IMG/VR virus record: IMGVR_UViG_3300032030_000057
Span: 1-64,000 of that record
Length of the DNA stretch: 64,000 nt
Origin: a virus
Lineage: Duplodnaviria; Caudoviricetes
Direction: 5' to 3' (one strand)
Both the position numbers and the translations under genes were made by a program. The notes below the pieces were generated by a model. It did no database searches and was not told where the DNA came from. It was given only the letters and a program-made list of their open reading frames with translations. Of the stretch, positions 37,758-47,159 are shown in pieces. Position 1 is the first letter of the stretch. Every line of letters begins with the position of its first letter.

Positions 37758-38753
37758 ATGGAAGATTACAAGTGTGAAATTGCGGCAACCAGAAAGGGTT
37801 GTCTTGGTGGTAGTGACGGAAACATACTTGAACGTGTTGCGTCACTTGGAAGTGTTCCAAAGGCATTGTACAAGCGACTGGCTGTTGTTAAAGGCCTCAT
37901 AGAGAACGACAATGTCACGACAAAGGTTATGGCATTCGGCGACTTTATCGAGCAGAGCATCTATTCTGCTCTCGCAGCTACTAACCCAAACTACCAGAGC
38001 AATCCCATGTGGGTGTCTGGCAAATATTCACGGAAAGACCTGAAACTCATCTGTCACCCTGATTACGTCCTGTTTGACGAGGACAAGAAGATTCTTAATG
38101 TCTACGAGATGAAGGCTACTCGTTTCTCCGTTGCACAGACACGCGAGACTTACAAGAACCAGCTATTCATTGAGTGGACTCTCGCAAAGGAAATTATAGC
38201 TGCGCGAGGTGAAGGCTGGAAGGTGAATATGTTCCTGTGTCACTACAATACAGAAGGCGTCGATTTTGACAAGGCGTTTGAGTATGACCCACAAAGACTG
38301 ACGGTGCATAAACTCAGGATGAAGGATAACCTGTTCGACATAGCAAAAGCTATGGATATAATGAGCGATTTCCTGCAGACGTTTGATTATTATTCAGAGG
38401 ATGATGAGATTCAGGCAAGATACCTTCCTGAAAAGGTAAGGGCTGAATTCGATGCCATCTCAAATGTCCTGTCGGAAATAAAGGAGCGTGAGAAGACTAT
38501 CGACGCTTTCAAGGCTAAGATGGTAGAATTCATGCAAAAAAAAGGAATGAAGGTTATTAAGTCGGAGGAATGGAGTATTACGCTCGTTGAGGCATCGGAG
38601 TCTGTTCAATTCGACCACAAGAAGTATCTAGCCGACCTCGGAGACAAGCATCCTCGCAGGGCCAAGAAGCTTCGCAAGGAATACGAGAAGCGTGTCGCCA
38701 AAGGTGCATACGTTAAAATATCGGTTAATAAGAAAGATAACAACAATAATTAA
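37758..38753 (+). CDS. YqaJ/lambda-exonuclease-like 5'-3' exonuclease
   Basis: RKGCLGGSD..FGDFIEQ..HPD..YEMKAT..Q. Confidence 0.85.
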   Translation: MEDYKCEIAATRKGCLGGSDGNILERVASLGSVPKALYKRLAVVKGLIENDNVTTKVMAFGDFIEQSIYSALAATNPNYQSNPMWVSGKYSRKDLKLICHPDYVLFDEDKKILNVYEMKATRFSVAQTRETYKNQLFIEWTLAKEIIAARGEGWKVNMFLCHYNTEGVDFDKAFEYDPQRLTVHKLRMKDNLFDIAKAMDIMSDFLQTFDYYSEDDEIQARYLPEKVRAEFDAISNVLSEIKEREKTIDAFKAKMVEFMQKKGMKVIKSEEWSITLVEASESVQFDHKKYLADLGDKHPRRAKKLRKEYEKRVAKGAYVKISVNKKDNNNN

Positions 38754-38764
38754 TTTTTACAACT

Positions 38765-39643
38765 ATGGCAGAGAATAAAGAAAAGAAGACAACTGGTCTG
38801 CAGCTTTTTAACCAGACCATCACAAGCCCAGCATGGCAGAAGTATCTGGAAGATATTCTGAAAGAACGCAAGGGCTCGTTCATTAACAACGTTACCGCAC
38901 TTGTGGCAAACGACGTAAACCTTCAGGAATGTGTTCCAGCAACCATCGTGTTCGCTGCCCTGAAGGCAACGGCTTTGAACCTTCCTCTTGACAAGTCGCT
39001 AGGAATGGCTTTCTGTATCCCATACAAGGACAACAAGAAAGGTATTACGGTAGCGCAGTTCCAGATGGGTTACAAGGGAGTTAAGCAGCTCGCTCTACGC
39101 AGCGGTCAGTTTGCTATTATTCCTAATGCTACTGAAATCAAAGAGGGCGAACTTGTAAGCCGCAACCGACTCACGGGTGAGTGCAAGTTTATATTCATAG
39201 ACGACGACAAGAAGCGAGCAGAAACGAAGACCATCGGCTACGCCAGTTATTTCAGACTGCTCAACGGGGCTGAATCTACGCTGTATATGTCCGTAGAGGA
39301 GATAGAGGCCCATGCGCTTCGTTACTCACAGACATATCGCTCAAAGCACGATAACGTCAAGCAGTCGAGTAAATGGACGACTGATTTTGATGATATGGCA
39401 AAGAAGACTGTCATTAAGCTAAACCTGTCAAGGAACGCTCCTCTTTCTGTGGAGATGCAGGATGCCATCAAGGCTGACCAGAGTATCCAGTACGAGGAAG
39501 GTAAGTACGAGTACATCGACAACGAAGAAGATGTACAGCAGCAGATTAACGACGCTCAGAAGGCTCAGGAGGTTGCGGATAAGTTTGCTGACTTCGGCGA
39601 TGAGAACGAACAACCAGAAAACGGTAACCCCAAAAAGAAGTAG
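38765..39643 (+). CDS. recT: RecT-family single-strand annealing protein
   Basis: A.KATALNLP..LG.AF.IPY..AQFQMGYKG..QLALRSGQF..W...FD.MAKKTV. Confidence 0.9.
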   Translation: MAENKEKKTTGLQLFNQTITSPAWQKYLEDILKERKGSFINNVTALVANDVNLQECVPATIVFAALKATALNLPLDKSLGMAFCIPYKDNKKGITVAQFQMGYKGVKQLALRSGQFAIIPNATEIKEGELVSRNRLTGECKFIFIDDDKKRAETKTIGYASYFRLLNGAESTLYMSVEEIEAHALRYSQTYRSKHDNVKQSSKWTTDFDDMAKKTVIKLNLSRNAPLSVEMQDAIKADQSIQYEEGKYEYIDNEEDVQQQINDAQKAQEVADKFADFGDENEQPENGNPKKK

Positions 39644-39645
39644 TC

Positions 39646-39864
39646 ATGAGTAGGAATATTGATTTCATTCATTCGCATAGCGCACTGGAACGGGAGCTTC
39701 GTATGCCGAAGCATCTCGTTCTGGTGGATGCCAAGTACGCGACGACATTCATCACGAACGGATTCCCTGTAGAGAACTTCAGTTACGGCGGAGTCGACTA
39801 TATCAAAGTCCCTATCTCTGGATTCATAAAGATGGGCGGATTGTTTAAGAACTTAATGGGCTAG
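39646..39864 (+). CDS. Hypothetical protein
   Basis: 72-aa ORF. Confidence 0.5.
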   Translation: MSRNIDFIHSHSALERELRMPKHLVLVDAKYATTFITNGFPVENFSYGGVDYIKVPISGFIKMGGLFKNLMG

Positions 39865-39867
39865 TCT

Positions 39868-40149
39868 ATGGGTATTTTCGACGGATGGAGCAAACGGCGT
39901 GCCGAGAAGAAGCACATCGAGAAGATTCAGGAGCGCATAGATGACGCAAACAGTATATTCCAGATAAAGGAATACGAAGGACGTATCTGGCTCACTTTTT
40001 GCGGAAACAGGGTGTGTCCTACTGAAATGTTCGAGCAGAAAGACCCTGTTGAGGTTTTGAACAAAATAAGGGATTTATACATAAAGGAAGACAAGAAATG
40101 GATACAGTATGCAGAGGCGAACGGTGCTCAGTTAGGTGTACGTGCCTAA
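39868..40149 (+). CDS. Hypothetical protein
   Basis: 93-aa ORF. Confidence 0.55.
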   Translation: MGIFDGWSKRRAEKKHIEKIQERIDDANSIFQIKEYEGRIWLTFCGNRVCPTEMFEQKDPVEVLNKIRDLYIKEDKKWIQYAEANGAQLGVRA

Positions 40150-40254
40150 GACATAGCAAGTACCACACGATAAACGACATCACCAATGTCCTTGTGGTCA
40201 ATAGTTGCACCAATCAGAGAAGATATGTACAGGACGAAATGAAAGTTAATAAAG

Positions 40255-41010
40255 ATGGACAACCGTAAGATAGAGCTTCACTGCAGCGTTGATGTCGAGA
40301 AAGACGTCGAGCGCAGAATCAAGAACGTCGGTGTCAGGGGCCTTCGCATTGACGTAGCAAAAGAGATGGGTGTGTTCAACCGTATCTCCATGATGCTTTG
40401 TGTCATGCACGCAAGTGTAGCTGCCGCATACAGGGCCTTCGGAAATATAGAGGCACTGATTGACAGCTTCGGTGGAAAGAAGAACGATATTGCCAAGGCA
40501 TGTAGCGATTTCCATAAATCGTACGAAAAGTGGCTTAAGTTCTGGTCGAACTACTACGCTGACGAAAAATCAGCAGGTAGTATAAACGACGAGACAGAGG
40601 CACTGTATCATGAGATTATGCGCTGGGCTCAGGTTCCAGAAGTATGGCATCTGGGTGATGACCAGAGACTGCATGATGACACTGATGTTGTCATCAAAAT
40701 TGAAGATGTATTTGATTCTGTCCTTAAGTTCTATCAATGTACAATCGACAAGAACGTAAATACTATTGATGAGTCTTGGTGTGTAATGAAATACGACACA
40801 CACCTGCAGAAGCAGTACTGTGTTGAAACGGATGTCGATAAGAGTAGTGCGCTTATGATAGCCAAACGTATGAGTGCTGACGACCCGTCAAACGTGTACG
40901 TGGCTTCTCAGGTCATTGATATCGAAAAAGAGGAGACTGTTATTACACCTTTCAAGACGTTCGTAAACAGTATGGAGGTTGGAAAGAATGTTGAATATCT
41001 AAAGAAATAA
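40255..41010 (+). CDS. Hypothetical protein
   Basis: 251-aa ORF. Confidence 0.7.
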   Translation: MDNRKIELHCSVDVEKDVERRIKNVGVRGLRIDVAKEMGVFNRISMMLCVMHASVAAAYRAFGNIEALIDSFGGKKNDIAKACSDFHKSYEKWLKFWSNYYADEKSAGSINDETEALYHEIMRWAQVPEVWHLGDDQRLHDDTDVVIKIEDVFDSVLKFYQCTIDKNVNTIDESWCVMKYDTHLQKQYCVETDVDKSSALMIAKRMSADDPSNVYVASQVIDIEKEETVITPFKTFVNSMEVGKNVEYLKK

Positions 41011-41015
41011 CAAAC

Positions 41016-41249
41016 ATGGCAGCAAACATAGCAAACTGGGCTACCGAGTTAGCAAACAAGGACAAGTCTGCTGAGGAGAAAGCCCTGTCTAAGGCAAGAA
41101 AGATGGAGAAGGATTTGGCGAAGATGGGCTGGAGATGGTGCGAGGTCAACAAAAGACTGAAAATCTTCGTTCCATGTGATAAAGACGGCAATCCGACTCC
41201 GCTTGGTCAGGAAAAGATAAGGAAACAGAAACTTTTGATGGGTATTTAA
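41016..41249 (+). CDS. Hypothetical basic protein
   Basis: 77-aa ORF. Confidence 0.6.
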   Translation: MAANIANWATELANKDKSAEEKALSKARKMEKDLAKMGWRWCEVNKRLKIFVPCDKDGNPTPLGQEKIRKQKLLMGI

Positions 41250-41269
41250 ATAAAAAATCCTAAAATATT

Positions 41270-41300
41270 TTTGAATATTCAAAATAGTTTCTTACCTTTG
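41270..41300 (+). promoter_or_regulatory. SigmaA promoter
   Basis: TTTG-N19-TACCTTTG. Confidence 0.7.
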
Positions 41301-41340
41301 CGACGATAAATTCTTTTTATGGCATTTTTTTTGTGTTTAT

Positions 41341-41373
41341 GGCAACGAACCGCCGAGAGGTCAAGTAGTTGCT
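41341..41373 (+). ncRNA. Loop-E/GNRA hairpin, variant of the 47.2-47.4 kb motif
   Basis: GCAAC-GAA-CC-GCC-GAGA-GGT-CA-AGTA-GTTGC. Confidence 0.4.
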
Positions 41374-41406
41374 TTTCAATAAATCATTTACTAAACATTA
41401 TACATT

Positions 41407-41937
41407 ATGAAAATTGAATTCGAAAAAGAAGTGTTACAGTTCTTGAACCTGCCGAGCATTCCAGTAAAGGAGTTCGACGGCAAGTCTGTGTTCAAGGACG
41501 GAGTCGCCATAGTTGAACTTACAGGCGACAGGTTGGGATATGCAGTCGCTACGTTCACAGAAGAGGACAAAGAGCCGCGTATCAAGAAGACGTTCTCAGT
41601 TGAGCCGTTCGGCAAAATTACGAAGATATTCGTCGTACCTCCTTACATGAATGTCGATATCGAGCACGCAGACGTGGACAACGATTCAAAGAAGGCCATG
41701 GAGCAGCTTGCAGAAGAGGCCGCTGAACTTGAGAATGAAGGTGTTGACGAAAATAAGACAGACATTCCTGAGAACGAGTGGTGCTTTGACGAAATCCACA
41801 ACATAGACGAGGCAAAGGCTTGGCTGAAGTCCTATAACAGCAGAAACAAGATTCGCGGCAAGCTGCCAAAGGACGAGGAGACCATCAAACTCCGTCTTCT
41901 CACCATCTGGAAGGAATCACACAACAACAAACAATAA
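41407..41937 (+). CDS. Hypothetical protein
   Basis: 176-aa ORF. Confidence 0.7.
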   Translation: MKIEFEKEVLQFLNLPSIPVKEFDGKSVFKDGVAIVELTGDRLGYAVATFTEEDKEPRIKKTFSVEPFGKITKIFVVPPYMNVDIEHADVDNDSKKAMEQLAEEAAELENEGVDENKTDIPENEWCFDEIHNIDEAKAWLKSYNSRNKIRGKLPKDEETIKLRLLTIWKESHNNKQ

Positions 41938-41949
41938 ACGAAAACAATT

Positions 41950-42612
41950 ATGGAGAAAAAGAAACCAACAAACGCCCAGTTACAGAAGAGACTTGACAGG
42001 GCCGTCGTACACGTAGACATGACAAAGAACGTGCGTTCAATATTCTTTGGAGACAAGGGACTCAGACTGACAGACGCAGATGAAGTCGTGCTTGTCCAGA
42101 CTGCATTCCACACACATATATTCCAGAAGGCTACGAGCTCTGGCTACAGCCGTCCTGCACTGTATGTGGCAAGGGTTATCGACATCGCACTGTCAAACAA
42201 GGAATATGAGAGTGTGTCGAAGGCAGAGTACGGATATTCGTATTCCAAGCTGTTTGAAATCCTGAAGAAGCAGGAGGACAATACCGAGTACAATATCTGC
42301 AGATACGTCGACTGGTGGCTGTTCAATATATTCCAGCCGCTGTACCAGATTGACGAGAATGATGCGAGCCAGTTCATGACGTACTACAACTACATGAGCA
42401 ACGTCGCAGCCAACACGGTCATTCTTGAGGAGCATAAGGAAGGTCTCACCAACAAGCAGTTCGTTGAACAGAGAAACAAGCTTGTTGACGAGTTCCTGAA
42501 GAACGTCACGGAGACGACTATTCTTGAACCCATGTCTGACGAACAGCTGGCCAAGGAGAATATGAAGGCCATACAAGAAGAGGAGATTGAACAGAAACTC
42601 AAAGAGAACTAG
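41950..42612 (+). CDS. Hypothetical protein
   Basis: 220-aa ORF. Confidence 0.7.
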   Translation: MEKKKPTNAQLQKRLDRAVVHVDMTKNVRSIFFGDKGLRLTDADEVVLVQTAFHTHIFQKATSSGYSRPALYVARVIDIALSNKEYESVSKAEYGYSYSKLFEILKKQEDNTEYNICRYVDWWLFNIFQPLYQIDENDASQFMTYYNYMSNVAANTVILEEHKEGLTNKQFVEQRNKLVDEFLKNVTETTILEPMSDEQLAKENMKAIQEEEIEQKLKEN

Positions 42613-42618
42613 ACTGCT

Positions 42619-42765
42619 ATGGAAGAATGGATGTCAGTATCGGAATATGCACGTAAGGTGGGCAAGTCTACCACCTACGTGTATTCTCTGATTCGGGATA
42701 AGAAAGTGGAATACAAATCCTTCAACCGAGGGAAATATATCGGATATCTAATCAAGAAAAATTAA
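42619..42765 (+). CDS. Small excisionase-like HTH protein (not in ORF track)
   Basis: MEEWMSVSEYARKVGKSTTYVYSLIRDKKVEY... Confidence 0.6.
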   Translation: MEEWMSVSEYARKVGKSTTYVYSLIRDKKVEYKSFNRGKYIGYLIKKN

Positions 42766-42767
42766 TT

Positions 42768-43055
42768 ATGGTAGCAAAGTCAACACAGTACTATCGCACG
42801 CATCCGAAGGCGCGTGAGAAGAAGAAGAAGTACGATAGTGAGTTCGAGAAGAAGCCTGAGCAGGTAAAGAAGCGCGTCGAGCTCAAGCGGGAGAACCGTG
42901 AGCATGACGAGAAGTATGGCAAGGCATCTCGCAAGGGCAAGGATTTGTCACACACCTCTCATGGTCTTGTATACAAGTCAAAGTCCGTTAACAGGGGGAG
43001 TAAGTCAGATACCGCAGGAGACCGACGTGCTCGCGGTGGCAAGAAGAAGAGATGA
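42768..43055 (+). CDS. Highly basic protein, possibly a degenerate HNH-like fold
   Basis: K/R-rich; GKDLSH...SVNRG. Confidence 0.55.
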   Translation: MVAKSTQYYRTHPKAREKKKKYDSEFEKKPEQVKKRVELKRENREHDEKYGKASRKGKDLSHTSHGLVYKSKSVNRGSKSDTAGDRRARGGKKKR

Positions 43056-43059
43056 GCGT

Positions 43060-43455
43060 ATGAACAACAATCTTACAAAAGGACATCTTCAAACCCTCAG
43101 GGAGAATTACGAGAAAGCGTGTAATGAGTATATCAACACGCTTCTCAATCTCTGGGAGCTTTCACCAGAAAACGGATGGTGGGTTGGTGAGGTAGGCAGT
43201 ATATATTGTCACGAAGCGAATGTATCCATGAACATGGAAGAAATAATATACTGCATAGAGCACAGTGTTAGTCTTAACACCTACTATCAATTTATCGACT
43301 ACACAGAAAAATGTGACGAATACAATTTCAACCGTCTGTCTCTGAAAAGTTTCTGTGAAGGTGCTCCACGAGTACCACAAGAGACGTTCGACAGATTCGA
43401 CGCTCTTAAGCAGGAATTAAATAAGTGTATTAACGACACCAAATCTAAATTCTGA
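43060..43455 (+). CDS. Hypothetical protein
   Basis: Likely start 43060 (MNNNLTK). Confidence 0.6.
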   Translation: MNNNLTKGHLQTLRENYEKACNEYINTLLNLWELSPENGWWVGEVGSIYCHEANVSMNMEEIIYCIEHSVSLNTYYQFIDYTEKCDEYNFNRLSLKSFCEGAPRVPQETFDRFDALKQELNKCINDTKSKF

Positions 43456-43627
43456 TGGCGACAAAAGCAAGGAAACGAAAAGGAAAAATCCGTATCAAGC
43501 AGAGAGTCCTTATCGAGAAGAAGGACAAGACCAATGTTGTCAGGCCTAATACGACTAGGTATCCTAAGGCAAGGACGAAGGTTCCTTCGAATGGTGTTGT
43601 GTTCAAAGTAAAGCTGAAAAAGAAACA

Positions 43628-44044
43628 ATGATTCACAATCTTGCAAACGGAGCAAGACGGTATCTTATCCGTATTGGAAAAGCACTTCCGTTCTTGCTCT
43701 GTTTTATTCTGTCTATATGTTACGCAGAAAACGCGTTTTCTTTGGCCACAGGACGTTTTCTAGAGTTCGATGGATACATTATACTATCGACGCCGATTTC
43801 GACGTTTATAGCCGAGTTTTTCGAGTACGACATTTTGATTGTGATTATTACACTTATCGTAAGCATAGCAATCGAGGCCTGTAAGTGGAACCTGTGGGCG
43901 ACGTTCTATCTGGGTGTCCATCTGGCAGAGAAATCATACTTTACCTTTGAGCTCGAAATATGGCAGATATGGGTCATAATTTGCGGAAATTTCCTCGTAT
44001 CTGTATTATTTTGTTATAAAGGAATGAAAATTTTAGTTAAATAG
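43628..44044 (+). CDS. Multi-pass membrane protein
   Basis: About four hydrophobic segments. Confidence 0.65.
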   Translation: MIHNLANGARRYLIRIGKALPFLLCFILSICYAENAFSLATGRFLEFDGYIILSTPISTFIAEFFEYDILIVIITLIVSIAIEACKWNLWATFYLGVHLAEKSYFTFELEIWQIWVIICGNFLVSVLFCYKGMKILVK

Positions 44045-44054
44045 TGTTTCAAAA

Positions 44055-44242
44055 TTTGCATATATAAAATATTATTCCGAATTTTGCAGCGTGAAACAAG
44101 GTGGCGTACTTGTGTAACGGACATACGAATTATCATTTGAAGGCTCAAGCCAGACAATATAAAAACGATTTCCAACAGAAGTGACGCCACACCGAAGTTG
44201 GATTTCTTGTTTTATAAGGTCTGGCTTTTCTTGTTTTCACTC
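44055..44242 (+). promoter_or_regulatory. Near-consensus promoter plus kissing-loop leader/sRNA
   Basis: TTTG-N20-GAATTTTG; loops GTGGCGT and ACGCCAC; long hairpin 44148-44226 followed by a T-run. Confidence 0.55.
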
Positions 44243-44642
44243 GCTAAGACAATAGCAAGAAACATGGTGCAAGTCATACGATATTGTGAGTCAAAGCCGT
44301 CAACGCAGGGATTATCGGGGTCATCTTACGTTTACCCTGTAGGACGAAAAGAACCGCCAAAAGGAACATGGGATATATGCACGAATGGCGGACGCTGATG
44401 GAATAAGGATGCGTGTGCGCAAGTGGAAATTTGTAAAGCCTGACACCCGACGTTTGAACCACCAACCGAGGGGCGATTGAAAAAGCCGATTCCCTAATGC
44501 GGAGTTTCAAGAGCAAAATCATCCAATTCTCACCGCTGAATTAATTTTCTCGGTGGGTAAGGGGATGATTTGCGAAATCCCCTACACTTAAACCCTTTGC
44601 GGTTAATGTTTTAGTATGATAATAATTTAAACAATATAATAT

Positions 44643-45095
44643 ATGACAAAAGAAGAAAAACTTAAAGAACTTATAAATCATGTTGAAAAACTTGGTTTAA
44701 AGTATTCAAAGACAAAGTTTCCAGAAATGCACTCTTGTCATCTTTTTGTTTTGCCGTACAAAATTGCAGTACACCTTTGCGGTATAAATGATGACGAGTT
44801 TCGGAAGAAATACAAAAAACGTATATTTATACATGACGACATTTCTATTGAAGATATTATCCACAACTTTGATGAATTAGCAAGCAAACTTGATTGGGCT
44901 TACGAACATCGTGACGAAATTCGAGCAAAGAAAGAAAAGAATATGCAGTATCATCAAGAATGTTGGCAGCGTCACCTTGACAGACTTGCACGACGTGAGA
45001 CACACGAAAAGAAAATGGCTGAGATAAAAGCAAAGAAAGAAGCAGAAAAACCAAAGCGTAAACGTCAAAGAATTGTTAGATACGAAAAAGTGTAA
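44643..45095 (+). CDS. Hypothetical basic protein
   Basis: 150-aa ORF. Confidence 0.6.
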   Translation: MTKEEKLKELINHVEKLGLKYSKTKFPEMHSCHLFVLPYKIAVHLCGINDDEFRKKYKKRIFIHDDISIEDIIHNFDELASKLDWAYEHRDEIRAKKEKNMQYHQECWQRHLDRLARRETHEKKMAEIKAKKEAEKPKRKRQRIVRYEKV

Positions 45096-45113
45096 TATTA
45101 AATAATACAAAAT

Positions 45114-45848
45114 ATGGAGATAAAAGGAAAAGTACATTGTTTCTTCGAGCAGTCGGGGACGTTCAAGCGAGAGTTCATCAAATTGGGCATACCTGCCGAG
45201 GACTACGACATTCAGAACAACTTCGGAGAGACTGACCATGTTACGGATTTATTCGGAGCAATAGATGATGCTTACGACGGGAACCCGTCAATAATAGACA
45301 CGGTTACTGAGGATGACTTAATCATAGCATTTTATCCGTGCGTTTACTTTTGCCAGATGTCGCAATACATGCAATCGTTAAACTCCGTCAACTATCGGTC
45401 ACTAACCGATGCACAAGCCATTGACAAGATAATCGAAAGGCAGATGAAACGAAACGAATATCTTGTAAGACTTACGAAGTTTGTAGGGGTTTGCCTTCGT
45501 CGAAATCTTCGCATGATATTCGAGAATCCAATAACGGGGTCATTCCTTAACAATTACTTCCTGAAATCGCCAACTATCAAAGACAATAATCGAATGATGC
45601 GAGGCGATTACTACGTGAAGCCAACTGGCTACTGGTATTGGAATTGTGAGCCTACATACGGACAAAGTATTCAGCATGACAAGGAGCAAAAGTTGATAGA
45701 CAAAGCAGAAAGCAGATGGACGCAAACTGCTGGCTTATGCTCCGAAGAGCGCAGCATGATTTCGCCCGACTATGCCCGCAACTTCATCTGCGACTTCATC
45801 ATCGGCAAAGAGCAAGAGCAACTTGGAATACAACTTTCACTATTTTAA
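45114..45848 (+). CDS. Short C5 cytosine DNA methyltransferase-like protein
   Basis: Motif I-like CFFEQSG, motif IV FYPC, motif VI IFENP. Confidence 0.65.
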   Translation: MEIKGKVHCFFEQSGTFKREFIKLGIPAEDYDIQNNFGETDHVTDLFGAIDDAYDGNPSIIDTVTEDDLIIAFYPCVYFCQMSQYMQSLNSVNYRSLTDAQAIDKIIERQMKRNEYLVRLTKFVGVCLRRNLRMIFENPITGSFLNNYFLKSPTIKDNNRMMRGDYYVKPTGYWYWNCEPTYGQSIQHDKEQKLIDKAESRWTQTAGLCSEERSMISPDYARNFICDFIIGKEQEQLGIQLSLF

Positions 45849-45889
45849 TAATACACAATATATTATTAACAAAAAAAAAAGTAACGATT

Positions 45890-46087
45890 ATGAAAATTAA
45901 CAAGACGTTAGTAAAGAACATTATTAAGTCGATTTTCTTGAACGACAATTTGTTCTCGGTAATTGGAGTGGTAGCTGGTGTTGTCGATGGTCTTATCCGC
46001 TATTTCTGCGGACAGACCGACAAGGCAATCTTTTGGATTTTGGTTGCGTTGGTATGTCTTATGAACCTTAAGGAAACGCCAAAATGA
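45890..46087 (+). CDS. Small two-TM membrane protein
   Basis: MKINKTLVK... with two hydrophobic segments. Confidence 0.45.
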   Translation: MKINKTLVKNIIKSIFLNDNLFSVIGVVAGVVDGLIRYFCGQTDKAIFWILVALVCLMNLKETPK

Positions 46088-46271
46088 AGCATTTTAAGGC
46101 TACTATCAAGGAAAATGGGAGTGATGGCGTGATTCGTCACGCCTTCCCAGAACAAACAATAAGGCTATGGATTTGATATTCTATGCACTACTGATAATCT
46201 CGCTTGCCTACCTCTTTGTTAGCGCAGGCGACGAAGGAAATGGAAACGAATGATAAAAAGACAACAAGGCT

Positions 46272-46655
46272 ATGGAAGAAATAAGATTTGGAGACATCAA
46301 GAAAATGGACTACAACGACGATTTGTTGTTCAAGTACGTTCTTGTTGACTTACTATACAAAAAATTGATTGACGTAAACTTTGTACTTTCATGCTACACG
46401 GATGCGCTTGACAAGGAACGCCACCTGAATACTATGCGTTTCAACGAGGCTTGTGTTAATCTCACACAGATGCTTGGAGGTAATTTCAAGGGCAAGGAAA
46501 AGCAAAAAGCAATTAAGCGTGCTATTCACACATTCAACCTCAATACAACGCTTGTGCCGCACGTACACGACAAAAAATACGGGTACACTTGCGAGGACGA
46601 AAAAGAGTGGGATGAATTTTGTAAGAACATATACGGAACAGATTTAAGAAAATAA
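46272..46655 (+). CDS. Hypothetical protein
   Basis: 127-aa ORF. Confidence 0.65.
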   Translation: MEEIRFGDIKKMDYNDDLLFKYVLVDLLYKKLIDVNFVLSCYTDALDKERHLNTMRFNEACVNLTQMLGGNFKGKEKQKAIKRAIHTFNLNTTLVPHVHDKKYGYTCEDEKEWDEFCKNIYGTDLRK

Positions 46656-46656
46656 C

Positions 46657-47046
46657 ATGCAGGAAATCAACGACAGGGCATACACATTGAGACTGGAACC
46701 TATACCAGATAACGGTAATGGTAAGTTCAGGAAAGGACACACTCCTTGGAATAAGGGGATGACTTGGAAGGAGATGGGTATGACTGATGAGCAGATGCAG
46801 AGTAAGATTGCCATCCTGAGGGAGAACAAAAAGAAGAATACCTACGCCCACATCCCTGACTTGGTTGCCATGCATGAGAAGCCAGTCATACAGATGGATG
46901 AGTACGGCAACAAGCTTCACTGGTACAGGTCGAGCGCACAGGCAGCTCGGAAACTCGGACTCATAGGCAGGAATATTAGGAAGGTGTGCAGCGGAGAGAG
47001 ATACAGCTGCGGAGGCTTTAGATGGAAGTTTGATGAGAGATTTTAG
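46657..47046 (+). CDS. NUMOD3/NUMOD1 DNA-binding protein with no nuclease domain
   Basis: FRKGHTPWNKG; KPVIQMD..Y.SSAQAARKLG..I.KVC.GER.SCGGFRWKF. Confidence 0.75.
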   Translation: MQEINDRAYTLRLEPIPDNGNGKFRKGHTPWNKGMTWKEMGMTDEQMQSKIAILRENKKKNTYAHIPDLVAMHEKPVIQMDEYGNKLHWYRSSAQAARKLGLIGRNIRKVCSGERYSCGGFRWKFDERF

Positions 47047-47074
47047 GTGCTGAACGAAAAAAGTTCCAGAAATA

Positions 47075-47106
47075 TTTGGAATATTCAAACAAAGTTCGTA
47101 TCTTTG
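47075..47106 (+). promoter_or_regulatory. SigmaA promoter of the RNA array / dnaN operon
   Basis: TTTG-N20-TATCTTTG. Confidence 0.75.
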
Positions 47107-47159
47107 CAGACGAATAGGATTTTTTGCTATAAATAAAGTATTTAAAGGTTAATACTACC

